Notes under the pieces: model-generated
What the model saw: the letters and a program-made list of their open reading frames with translations, nothing else
The model's database searches: none
What the model was told of the DNA's origin: nothing
Program-made: the position numbers and the translations under genes
Assembly: GCA_023664455.1 (NCBI GenBank)
Contig: JAMPFM010000007.1
Location: 13,955 to 77,954, forward strand
Source: Blautia sp.
GTDB taxonomy: Bacteria; Bacillota; Clostridia; Lachnospirales; Lachnospiraceae
Direction: 5' to 3'
DNA: 64,000 nucleotides
Part shown: one piece after another, positions 19,208 through 28,313 of the stretch
How positions within the stretch are numbered: the first letter of the stretch is position 1
Layout: each line of letters opens with the position of its first letter

Positions 19208-20411
19208 AAAAAAGAAAACGATAAAACAGAAAGTGCTGCAGGGATTGGCGTTTTTGCTCCTGTTTCTTTTATCCGGGGTGATTGCCGGCGGCGGCAGTTT
19301 TCTCTATGGGCAGAAAAATGGGGACATTATCTGTAATACAGTAATGGTTCTGCTTGGGACAGGCATTGTCATCTTTGCACTGATTTCCAGCGAAGTTTAT
19401 GATTTGTATTATTATGAGAACGGCGGCAGTTATAAAAGATTCTGTATCTTTTATCTGCTGGGGCTTTGCGTATCCCTGTTGTTTCCGCTGCTTCCGGTTG
19501 CCGGATGGCCGTTTCTCGTGATTTTCGTCATTTTAAGCCTGTTCAGCAACAGTATATCCGGGCTTGTGGCAGGAAGCGTCTGTCTGATGCTGTCGGTGAT
19601 GTTAGCGGATGGAATCGGTTATCGGGAATTTTGCCTATACTTTTTCAGCGGTCTGGTAGGGATTATGGTATTTAATCGGTTAAATGAATCCTTCAAGGTG
19701 GGGATTCCCATTTTTATTTCCCTGCTATGCCTTATGGTCTGTCTCTCGACCAATCTGATTTTGTTTGAAAAGGAACGCCTTTCTATCTCGCAGTTTGTCA
19801 TGGTGGCAATCAATTTAATGATAAATTTTATCCTGCTTCTGATTATTTTGAAAATTTTCAGCAATACCGTCATTCATAAAGATCAGGATATCTATATGGA
19901 TTTAAACGATCCGGAATGCCCGCTGCTTGTACAACTGAAAGAACTGTCCAAGCAGGAATATTACCATGCGGTGCATACGGCGTATCTGGGCGATAGGATT
20001 GCTAGACGTTTAGGCTTGGATGAGAAGGTAGTCAAGGCATGTGGCTATTACCATAGAATCGGTCAGCTAAAAGGAGAAAATACCTGGGAAAATGTAGAAG
20101 GTATCTGTAAAGAATACCATATCCCGGCGGAAACAGCAGCCATATTAAAAGAATATATCGAATCGAAGAAACGGCTTTCTTCCAAAGAAGCGACGGTCAT
20201 CTTATTTGCGGATACCATCGTAGAATCCATCAGCAGTTTGTTTGCCCAAAATCCCAAAGCGGAATTGAATTATGAGCAGATTATCGATACCATTTTTAAA
20301 GAGAAACTAAAATCCGGCGAATTGTGGCAGAGTCAGATATCCATTGTGCAGATAAGGCAGATGAAAAAGATATTTAGTGAGGAAAAACTATACTATGACT
20401 TTTTACGTTGA
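19194..20411 (+). CDS. Multi-TM HD-domain protein (YqfF/PgpH-like) with degenerate HD motif
   Basis: About 7 TM helices, then DLNDPECPLL..L...YYHA...GYYHRIG...FADT. Occupies the yqfF position between phoH and ybeY. ATG 19194. Confidence 0.75.
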   Translation: MEENKKKKTIKQKVLQGLAFLLLFLLSGVIAGGGSFLYGQKNGDIICNTVMVLLGTGIVIFALISSEVYDLYYYENGGSYKRFCIFYLLGLCVSLLFPLLPVAGWPFLVIFVILSLFSNSISGLVAGSVCLMLSVMLADGIGYREFCLYFFSGLVGIMVFNRLNESFKVGIPIFISLLCLMVCLSTNLILFEKERLSISQFVMVAINLMINFILLLIILKIFSNTVIHKDQDIYMDLNDPECPLLVQLKELSKQEYYHAVHTAYLGDRIARRLGLDEKVVKACGYYHRIGQLKGENTWENVEGICKEYHIPAETAAILKEYIESKKRLSSKEATVILFADTIVESISSLFAQNPKAELNYEQIIDTIFKEKLKSGELWQSQISIVQIRQMKKIFSEEKLYYDFLR

Positions 20412-20901
20412 GAACGAAACCGGGAAAGAATTTCCTTTTTCCGTACAGGAGCTTGTGGAAAAAGTGGCAAACGCCGTTCTGGATATGGAAAACTGTCCTT
20501 ATGAAGTATGCGTCAATGTCCTTCTGACGGACAAGGAAGGCATCCGAAACTGCAATAAAGAGTATCGCCAAATCGATAAGGAAACGGACGTGCTTTCCTT
20601 TCCTGCCATGACCTTTGAAGAGGCAGGGGATTTTTCCATAGCCGAAGAAGCAGAAGCGGATTGTTTTGATTTGACCACAGGGGAATTGATATTAGGGGAC
20701 ATCATGATATCGGCGGATCGGGTAGTGAGCCAGGCCAGGGAGTACGGACACAGTCAGTTGCGGGAGTTTGCCTTTCTTGTGGCGCACAGTATGTTCCATC
20801 TCTGCGGCTATGACCATATGACTGAGGAAGAAGCCGCGCTGATGAATCAGAAACAGGAAGCTGTTTTGCAGCAGCTGAATATTACAAGAGCATCATCGTA
20901 A
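20395..20901 (+). CDS. ybeY: rRNA maturation RNase YbeY
   Basis: N.EYRQIDKETDVLSFP, LGDIMIS, AHSMFHLCGYDH metal motif. Confidence 0.95.
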   Translation: MTFYVENETGKEFPFSVQELVEKVANAVLDMENCPYEVCVNVLLTDKEGIRNCNKEYRQIDKETDVLSFPAMTFEEAGDFSIAEEAEADCFDLTTGELILGDIMISADRVVSQAREYGHSQLREFAFLVAHSMFHLCGYDHMTEEEAALMNQKQEAVLQQLNITRASS

Positions 20902-20973
20902 AACCATGTGCGAACAAATTTTATCTATGGGTTTTCACTGATGCAGAACCGAAAGATCAACTAAATTGAGGGA

Positions 20974-22644
20974 TTGATTATGAAAATACAAAAGAAGGCG
21001 GGAAGCCTGGGGGCGGGAAGAAACCAGAAACCTTATAAAAGCAATATGGCGGTATCTACAGGCATCCTTACCTATATCTTATATCTGATTCTACGGATTG
21101 TGCTTGCAAGGGTAATCGGGGATGCCGGCGTGGGGCTGTCCGCTCCGGCATTTGAATGTATCGCATTAGTCACGCTGTTATTTTCCTACGGCATATCAAG
21201 AACGATGGCGGGACTGATTCGTTACCGTGTAAAAAGGGATCAATTTAAAAGCGCGGACAGGGTTTTTCAGACGGCGTTTAAGCTTTCTATTCTGATTAGC
21301 CTGATAGCTGCCCTGGCCTTGATGGCGTCTGCGGGCTTTTTTGCAGACGTCCTGATTCTGGATACAATGAGTAAAAAGGCGATTTTTGCTGCGGCTCCCG
21401 TTTTGGTTTTGACCGCATTGATCAATCTGTTTCGGGGCTATTTTAACGGCAATGGATTCGGTGTTCTGGTGGCGCACTCCCAATATCTGGAAAAGATATC
21501 CATGCTGTTTGCAGTCGTTGCATGCAGCCGGATTGTATACGACTATGGACTGAAAGCTGCCGCTTTACTGCAAAATGATATTGTAGCCTACTCCTACGGC
21601 GCACTGGGCGCCGTGTTAGGCTTCATGCTTGCCGAAATCATTACATTGATTTATCTTCTAGTGGTTTTCGTGATGTATTCCGGGACGAGAAAACGGCAGC
21701 TCATGCAGGATAGTGGAAAAAGAGTGGAAAGTAATAGCGAGATGACGGGCATCCTGCTTGGCGGCAGCGTCCCCGTAGCGTGTATTGCCGTTTTGACCAA
21801 TGCTTTTATGCTGATAGACCAGAGGTTTTTCAACTATTGTATGAACCGCATGGAGCTTAGCATGGAAAAATCCGGGCTATGGGGTTCTTATTATGGTAAG
21901 TTTGCCGGTCTGATAGGAATAGGTGCGGCGCTTGTCTGTCTCTCCGTGGGCGGCTATATCACTAAGATTGCCTTTTCTTATGAGAGGGAAGAATACCACA
22001 TAATGCATGACAGCATCAACCTTGCGGTGAAAAAACTATGTACGATAGCCTTTCCGGTTGCTATCAATCTGGCAGTTTTGGCAGAGGCTTTTGTCAATGG
22101 GCTTTTTCCCGGCGAAAATGCGCAGGCGGTCAGTCTGATCAGACAGGGGTGCGTTATCATTTTTCTTTACGGAGTCGCCTATTTATTCGGACAGATGCTG
22201 TTAAAAATGCGTATGATGAAAGAATTGCTGGCGGCGGCCGGTATCGCCTTTGTACTCCATATCGCGGCGGCGTATGTGCTGCTTAGGAAGCTGCTATTAG
22301 GGGCGGAGGGCGTCGTATATTCCCAGATTTTATTTGTAGGGATATTTGCGCTTTTATGCTTCCTTCTTGGCATAAGGAAACTGAAACACCGTCAGGAATG
22401 GCTATACAGCGTTGCTTTTCCTGCCGCGGCCGCATGTGTCGCCGGTCTGGTAGCGCTGTTGATTAATAAACTGCTTTTATCTGTCGCAGGAAATCTTCTG
22501 ACGATTCTAGCCGCCTGTCTGCTTAGCACGATTCTATATATTTTGCTTTTGATTATTCTGCGCGTCATGAATGAAGAAGAGTTGTCCAGAATGCCCTTCG
22601 GAAGTATATGGATTGCGCTGGGACGGATGATTGGCGTATTATAG
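20974..22644 (+). CDS. MOP-superfamily flippase (SpoVB / polysaccharide biosynthesis protein family)
   Basis: About 14 hydrophobic segments; LRI.LARVIG..G.G, .FRGYFNG. Confidence 0.75.
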   Translation: MIMKIQKKAGSLGAGRNQKPYKSNMAVSTGILTYILYLILRIVLARVIGDAGVGLSAPAFECIALVTLLFSYGISRTMAGLIRYRVKRDQFKSADRVFQTAFKLSILISLIAALALMASAGFFADVLILDTMSKKAIFAAAPVLVLTALINLFRGYFNGNGFGVLVAHSQYLEKISMLFAVVACSRIVYDYGLKAAALLQNDIVAYSYGALGAVLGFMLAEIITLIYLLVVFVMYSGTRKRQLMQDSGKRVESNSEMTGILLGGSVPVACIAVLTNAFMLIDQRFFNYCMNRMELSMEKSGLWGSYYGKFAGLIGIGAALVCLSVGGYITKIAFSYEREEYHIMHDSINLAVKKLCTIAFPVAINLAVLAEAFVNGLFPGENAQAVSLIRQGCVIIFLYGVAYLFGQMLLKMRMMKELLAAAGIAFVLHIAAAYVLLRKLLLGAEGVVYSQILFVGIFALLCFLLGIRKLKHRQEWLYSVAFPAAAACVAGLVALLINKLLLSVAGNLLTILAACLLSTILYILLLIILRVMNEEELSRMPFGSIWIALGRMIGVL

Positions 22645-22699
22645 CGTTTGTCATTGAATAAAATCAAAAATTTGACTGATACTGATTATAACAAGATTT

Positions 22700-23422
22700 T
22701 TGGAAAGGACGGACTTACCGGAAATGAGAGTTGTAAAACGTATCAGTCTTTTTATAATCACCGCGGGCGTCATGTTTAGCGCTGGCAGCTATGCCACCCT
22801 GAAAGCGGAACAATACTTTTATCCCAATAAATACGGACAACACAAAGAATCCACTACAGGTACGCCCAAAGCTTCCTCTACACAGACGGTAAAGGACAAT
22901 GCTGCCAGCCGCACCATAGAAGCAGAAGACGTAAAAACGGAGGAAGAGAGCGTTATTGAGGCCGTCATGGAAGAAGCCCCGGTTATTTCCGCTGACACCG
23001 TCTATCTAGTGGAAGAAGTCAATCTGTCTGCGGGCACAATCGAGGAAAAAGAAGAACCTGTTCCGGTGAAATACATTGGTCTGGACAGGACAAGCCTGAT
23101 AGAAGAGCTAAACGCCTATGATAGCAATCCCGCCCTTACGGACTTAAAACTTGGGTTTGAGACCATAGAGCTGGCGTCCTTTTCCAAAGACAGGGTTGTC
23201 GTCTGCAAATATTATAGGCCAGAAGAGGAAGAAAAAGGCTTTTATCTCATGGTGGCGGACCATTATGTCATCGTATACGAAGAAGACAAGAAGACTTTGC
23301 ACACGAATACGGATATTCTGTTAGAAAGCCTAAGCATCGAGCTCCAGGAAGAGATTATGCAGGGAAAGTATGTGGAAAACGAACAGGAGCTGTATAATTT
23401 TCTTGAGTCTTATTCCAGTTAA
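22700..23422 (+). CDS. BofC C-terminal-domain protein
   Basis: C-terminus FYLMVADHYVIVYEED...T.I....L..ELQEEI..G..V....EL..FLESYSS; N-terminal hydrophobic segment. Start could be ATG 22724. Confidence 0.75.
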   Translation: MERTDLPEMRVVKRISLFIITAGVMFSAGSYATLKAEQYFYPNKYGQHKESTTGTPKASSTQTVKDNAASRTIEAEDVKTEEESVIEAVMEEAPVISADTVYLVEEVNLSAGTIEEKEEPVPVKYIGLDRTSLIEELNAYDSNPALTDLKLGFETIELASFSKDRVVVCKYYRPEEEEKGFYLMVADHYVIVYEEDKKTLHTNTDILLESLSIELQEEIMQGKYVENEQELYNFLESYSS

Positions 23423-23470
23423 TGCTATGATAGGCATTGATGAGAGCAATTTAGGATAAGGTTTTATAGA

Positions 23471-24736
23471 ATGAAAAAGAAAATCGCAGTAATCGGCGGC
23501 GGCGCTTCCGGTATGATGGCGGCAATCCAGGCTGCAAAATCCGGCGCCTCGGTGGAATTGTATGAAAGAAACGACAGGGTTGGGAAGAAACTGCTTGTAA
23601 CAGGCAACGGCAAATGTAATTTCTCCAACACGGATATAAACAGCGATGCTTATTATGGCAGCGCCGTTTCCTTATGCCAGAAATTATATGCGAAATTCGG
23701 TGTATCCGAAACGATTGACTGCTTTGGTCAAATGGGAATGTTGATAAAAGACAAAAACGGCTATCTCTATCCCTTATCCGAACAGGCTTCCACTGTCCTT
23801 GACGTCCTGCGCTTTTCTTTAGAAGAATCTGGCGTCGTCGTACATACCGGAATACAGATAGACGCCATTATCCCGCAGCCAGATACCGGAAAACTCCGCT
23901 TAAAACCTATATCCGGGAAAGCAGCGGCGTCCCAGAAGTTCTTCTATGATGCGGTGATTCTTGCCTGTGGCGGCATGGCGGCTCCCAAGACAGGCTCGGA
24001 TGGAAACGGTTTTCAGATTGCAAAGAAGCTGGGGCATCATATCGTCGAACCCGTGCCCGCCCTGGTACAGCTAAGATGTAGGGAAACTTTCTTGAAAAGC
24101 GTGGCGGGCGTCCGCACTGGCGCAGCCCTGACGCTTCTGATTGACGGGCGGGAAAGGAAAACCGTACAAGGGGAACTGCAGCTGACGGATTACGGAATTT
24201 CCGGCATTCCAGTCTTTCAATTCAGCAGAGAAGCCGCCTATGCGCTTTCCCATAAAAAGAAGGTGTCCGTGGAAATCGACTTCCTGCCGGTCTATGAACA
24301 AGCCGCCTACGAAGCATTCTGGTCCAAACGCTGGGCAGCTTTTCAAAAACGGACGCTGGAGCAATGCCTGATGGGTATTTCCCATAAAAAAATAAACCAG
24401 CTTATCATCCGGCTTGCAGACGCAAAGCCCCTTACCGTCGTAGACGACCTGCCGGAAAAGACGAGAAATCTCATAGCCTTGCTCTACCGCAAACTGACGG
24501 TAACTGTCTATGCTGCGAATGGCTTTGAACAGGCGCAGGTCAGCGCCGGCGGAATCCCCGCAGGGGAGCTGACAGAACAGTTAGAATCTAAATTGGTTCC
24601 ACATGTATACTTTGCCGGAGAGATAGTCGATATCGACGGTATCTGCGGCGGTTATAATCTCCAGTGGGCATGGACAAGCGGCACGATTGCAGGACGCGCC
24701 GCCGCTAGGAACGAAAACGATATCCAGAAGGAATGA
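23471..24736 (+). CDS. HI0933/BaiN-family flavoprotein
   Basis: GGGASGMMAA, GKKLLVTGNGKCNFSN, P.TGSDGNG, T.YGISG, GE.VDIDG.CGGYNLQWAW. Confidence 0.9.
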   Translation: MKKKIAVIGGGASGMMAAIQAAKSGASVELYERNDRVGKKLLVTGNGKCNFSNTDINSDAYYGSAVSLCQKLYAKFGVSETIDCFGQMGMLIKDKNGYLYPLSEQASTVLDVLRFSLEESGVVVHTGIQIDAIIPQPDTGKLRLKPISGKAAASQKFFYDAVILACGGMAAPKTGSDGNGFQIAKKLGHHIVEPVPALVQLRCRETFLKSVAGVRTGAALTLLIDGRERKTVQGELQLTDYGISGIPVFQFSREAAYALSHKKKVSVEIDFLPVYEQAAYEAFWSKRWAAFQKRTLEQCLMGISHKKINQLIIRLADAKPLTVVDDLPEKTRNLIALLYRKLTVTVYAANGFEQAQVSAGGIPAGELTEQLESKLVPHVYFAGEIVDIDGICGGYNLQWAWTSGTIAGRAAARNENDIQKE

Positions 24737-26367
24737 CATCATCTATGATTAGAATCAGCCAGATAAAAATGCCGCTTTCCCATACGAAAGAGGAGCTTTT
24801 AAAAGAAGCTGCCGGCATGTTACATATCAGATTGGAAAAGATACTTTCTTATAAAATTATCAAAAAATCGATTGACGCCAGAAAGAAACCGGATATTTAC
24901 TTCGTTTATACATTAGACGTCAGCGTTTTAGGGGAACAACAGATTCTGCAGCGGGGAAACCGGAACCTTTGTAAAACGCCGGAAAATCCTTATCGGTTCC
25001 CAGAACCCGGCAATCTTTCTCTGCCAGAGCGTCCCGTCATCATCGGAACAGGCCCCGCAGGTCTTTTTTGCGGCTATCTGCTTGCCCTTCACGGCTACAG
25101 ACCGATTTTATTAGAACGCGGAAAGGCAGTTACAGAGCGGAAGCGGGATGTGGACGCCTTCTGGGAGCAGGGCATCTTAAAGGAAGATTCCAACGTCCAG
25201 TTTGGGGAAGGCGGCGCGGGCGCTTTCTCTGATGGGAAACTAAACACGCTGGTAAAAGATAAGCAGGGCAGAAACCGGGAAGTGCTACGGATTCTGGCAA
25301 AACACGGCGCCCCGGAAGAGATTCTTTACGACGCCAGACCCCATATCGGCACGGATATCCTGATAAACGTGGTGCAGAACATGCGTGAGGAAATCCTCGC
25401 CTGTGGCGGCGAAGTGCGCTTTGAAAGCAAAGTGACCGGGCTTGTCATAGAAGGCGGCGAAATGCGGGCAGTTCTCATCAATCATGAAGAACGGCTTCCC
25501 GCGCATATCGTGGTACTTGCAATCGGGCATAGCGCCAGGGATACCTTCTGGATGCTCTATGAAGAGCATGTGCCTATGGATGCGAAAGCTTTCGCAGTCG
25601 GTCTGCGGGTGGAACATCCCAGACAAATGATAAATATGCTGCAATACGCAGTTGCAGAGCATCCCCTGTTACCGGCAGCTTCCTATAAAGTAACGGCGCA
25701 GACAGGCGATAAAAGAGGGGTTTATTCTTTCTGCATGTGTCCGGGCGGCTACGTGGTCAACGCTTCCTCTGAGTCTGATCAACTTGCCATAAACGGAATG
25801 AGTTACAGTGGCAGGAATGGCGCAAACAGCAACAGCGCCGTGATTGTAACAGTCACGCCAGAAGATTTTGCAGGAAGCCACCCGTTAGCGGGCATAGCCT
25901 TCCAGCGGGAATTAGAAGAGCGGGCATATCGTATCGGACAGGGACAGGTGCCCGTAGAGTCTTATGGGGCGTTTAGGGAAGCGCTCACCGGGCAGCCGCA
26001 GACTCCTTCAAGGCTTCTAAAAGATTATCCAGATTTTATGCCGGCAATAAAGGGCGGCTGGCAGTTTGCGCCTGTCCATGAAATTTTACCGGCGCATCTG
26101 GGGCGGGCATTTGTTGAGGGCATGGATTACTTTGACAGAACCTTACCCGGCTTTGCAGATAGCGGCGTCTATATCGAAGGCGTGGAAAGCCGGACCTCTT
26201 CCCCGGTCAAAATCCACCGGGATGAGACAGGACAGTCGTCCATAAAAGGGCTTTACCCCTGCGGCGAGGGCGCCGGCTATGCAGGCGGCATTACCTCTGC
26301 GGCGATGGACGGAATGCTGATTGCAGAAAAAATCGCCGGAAATTACAAACCGGCAGACGATAGATAA
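24733..26367 (+). CDS. Uncharacterised FAD-dependent oxidoreductase
   Basis: IIGTGPAGLF, VQFGEGGAG.FSDGKL, SFCMCPGG.VV, GVESRTSSPV, PCGEGAGYAGGI.SAA.DG. Confidence 0.88.
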   Translation: MTSSMIRISQIKMPLSHTKEELLKEAAGMLHIRLEKILSYKIIKKSIDARKKPDIYFVYTLDVSVLGEQQILQRGNRNLCKTPENPYRFPEPGNLSLPERPVIIGTGPAGLFCGYLLALHGYRPILLERGKAVTERKRDVDAFWEQGILKEDSNVQFGEGGAGAFSDGKLNTLVKDKQGRNREVLRILAKHGAPEEILYDARPHIGTDILINVVQNMREEILACGGEVRFESKVTGLVIEGGEMRAVLINHEERLPAHIVVLAIGHSARDTFWMLYEEHVPMDAKAFAVGLRVEHPRQMINMLQYAVAEHPLLPAASYKVTAQTGDKRGVYSFCMCPGGYVVNASSESDQLAINGMSYSGRNGANSNSAVIVTVTPEDFAGSHPLAGIAFQRELEERAYRIGQGQVPVESYGAFREALTGQPQTPSRLLKDYPDFMPAIKGGWQFAPVHEILPAHLGRAFVEGMDYFDRTLPGFADSGVYIEGVESRTSSPVKIHRDETGQSSIKGLYPCGEGAGYAGGITSAAMDGMLIAEKIAGNYKPADDR

Positions 26368-26389
26368 AAAACAGGAAGGATTAAAAAAC

Positions 26390-27250
26390 ATGGCAGATAT
26401 CAGAGAGATGATGCGGGATAAAAAGAGGATTGTGGTCAAAATCGGTTCCTCTTCCCTACAGCATATGGAAACAGGCGATCTGGACTATACCAAATTGGAC
26501 GTTCTGGTCCGGGAGCTATGCGATCTGAGAAACCGGGGAAAAGACGTGGTACTTGTGACTTCCGGCGCAATCTCAGTCGGAAAAAAAGCGGTTGTATCCA
26601 AGGAAACGAAAGAAGATAACCCCATCGCGGTAAAACAGGCATACGCCGCCGTGGGACAGGCGAGGCTGATGATGACCTATCAGAAAATTTTTGCGGAATA
26701 TAATCAGGTGGCGGCCCAGATTCTGATGACGAAAAATACGATTGTGGACAATCTCAATCGTTTTAACGCCCAGAATACTTTTGCAGAACTATTTAAGCTG
26801 GGCGTGATTCCCATTGTCAATGAAAATGATACCGTTGCCACCTATGAAATCGAAATCGGCGATAACGATACATTATCCGCCATCGTAGCCTCCCTTGTGA
26901 AGGCGGATTTGCTGCTTCTCCTTTCCGATATCGATGGGCTCTATACAGACGACCCCCGCCAGAATCCGCAGGCGAAATATATCGAAGTGGTGGATACGCT
27001 GACCGAGGAATTGTGGGAAATGGGCAAATCCTCTACCGGCAGCGATTCAGGCACCGGCGGCATGAATACCAAACTACAGGCGGCAAAAATCGCAAGCAGT
27101 ACCGGCATCGACATGGTTATCGCCAACAGCAAAGATATCAAAGTGATTCACCGGATTCTGGACGGACAGAATATCGGGACGCTTTTCCGGGCGCATGTGG
27201 ACGAAGGGTTTGATTTGCCTTTGTATGTGCAGCAGATGCATGGGCATTGA
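26390..27250 (+). CDS. proB: Glutamate 5-kinase (short form without PUA domain)
   Basis: VVKIGSSSL, VTSGAI, AAVGQARL, VNENDTV, GDNDTLSA, LSDIDGLY, GTGGMNTKL. Confidence 0.93.
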   Translation: MADIREMMRDKKRIVVKIGSSSLQHMETGDLDYTKLDVLVRELCDLRNRGKDVVLVTSGAISVGKKAVVSKETKEDNPIAVKQAYAAVGQARLMMTYQKIFAEYNQVAAQILMTKNTIVDNLNRFNAQNTFAELFKLGVIPIVNENDTVATYEIEIGDNDTLSAIVASLVKADLLLLLSDIDGLYTDDPRQNPQAKYIEVVDTLTEELWEMGKSSTGSDSGTGGMNTKLQAAKIASSTGIDMVIANSKDIKVIHRILDGQNIGTLFRAHVDEGFDLPLYVQQMHGH

Positions 27251-27271
27251 TTTGAGAAAGGAGCTTCCCAA

Positions 27272-28096
27272 ATGAGTCGGCAATCCTACACAATATCTGA
27301 ATTGACCGCAAGAGTCAATCAACTTTACCACAAATCCCAGACCGAAGGTCTGACGGAAGAAGAGAAAAAAGAGCAGGCCGAACTTAGGCGCGCCTACGTT
27401 GCCAATATCCGAAACAATTTAAAAGGACAGCTTAACAATATATCCATTGTGGAACAGGACGGCTCTATTAGCAACGTCGGCGAACGCTATGCCAGAGAGA
27501 AGAAAAAGAAACTGCGCAGTCAGGCATTGTCCGCAAGAGACGCCATGACAGCGGATGACTTGAAAAACAAGAGCGATAAAATCATCCAGACGCTTCTTGC
27601 AATGGACATTTACCGGGAAGCAGAAGCCGTTCTTTCCTATGTAAATTACAAGAGCGAAGTCATTACCGAATCTTTGCTGACACAGGCGCTTATGGATGGA
27701 AAACAGGTTTTCGTGCCCAGAGTGTCCGGGCAGGAAATGGAGTTTTATAAGATTACGGATATGCAAGAACTCTCGCCGGGCTATCAGGGCATCCGGGAGC
27801 CTTTATCCGGGCTGTCTTTTTTCGCTGGGAAAGACAACTTATGCGGGCAGGGCAAAACGCCGCCGCTTATGATTCTTCCTGGCGCCGCTTTTGATGAAGA
27901 GAGACATCGAATCGGCTATGGGCGGGGATATTATGATAAATATTTAACAAAGGCAAAAGAGCTTCAAATCCCGTTTCGCACGGTAGCGCTGTGTTTTGCT
28001 TCTCAGATGGTTCCTGAGATTCCCTGCGAAGCGCATGATATCAGACCGGATGTGCTGCTGACGGAAAATGGGGTGTATGAAGAGAAGAATGCATAA
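27272..28096 (+). CDS. DUF896 (YnzC-like) domain fused to 5-formyltetrahydrofolate cyclo-ligase
   Basis: aa ~5-65 RVNQLYHKSQTEGLTEEEKKEQAELRRAY (DUF896-like); remainder KKKLR...R, SEV.T, GIREP, ILPGAAFD...HRIGYGRGYYDKYL, PCEAHD. Confidence 0.82.
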   Translation: MSRQSYTISELTARVNQLYHKSQTEGLTEEEKKEQAELRRAYVANIRNNLKGQLNNISIVEQDGSISNVGERYAREKKKKLRSQALSARDAMTADDLKNKSDKIIQTLLAMDIYREAEAVLSYVNYKSEVITESLLTQALMDGKQVFVPRVSGQEMEFYKITDMQELSPGYQGIREPLSGLSFFAGKDNLCGQGKTPPLMILPGAAFDEERHRIGYGRGYYDKYLTKAKELQIPFRTVALCFASQMVPEIPCEAHDIRPDVLLTENGVYEEKNA

Positions 28097-28105
28097 GAAC
28101 AGAAT

Positions 28106-28286
28106 CTTAGGTTATTGCAGACGTCCGTTGCGCAGAAGATATAATCCAACGCAGGTCCGCTCTCGCTACGGTTCAAACGCAGCGGTACATAAGATGCCAA
28201 AATACGGCATCTAAGTACCGGCGTTTTCACAGTACCTGCTTATGGATTGTATCTTCTGCACAACTACACATTTCTAAACGTAAATA
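28106..28286 (+). repeat. Copy 2 of the MITE-like repeat (outer TIRs eroded)
   Basis: 28115-28279 aligns to the copy 1/3 core, including the cggtacataagatgcc-N7-ggcatctaagtaccg hairpin; lacks the ttgcgaaact ends. Confidence 0.8.
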
Positions 28287-28313
28287 ATAGGAATAGAAAG
28301 GAAATATAAAGAC

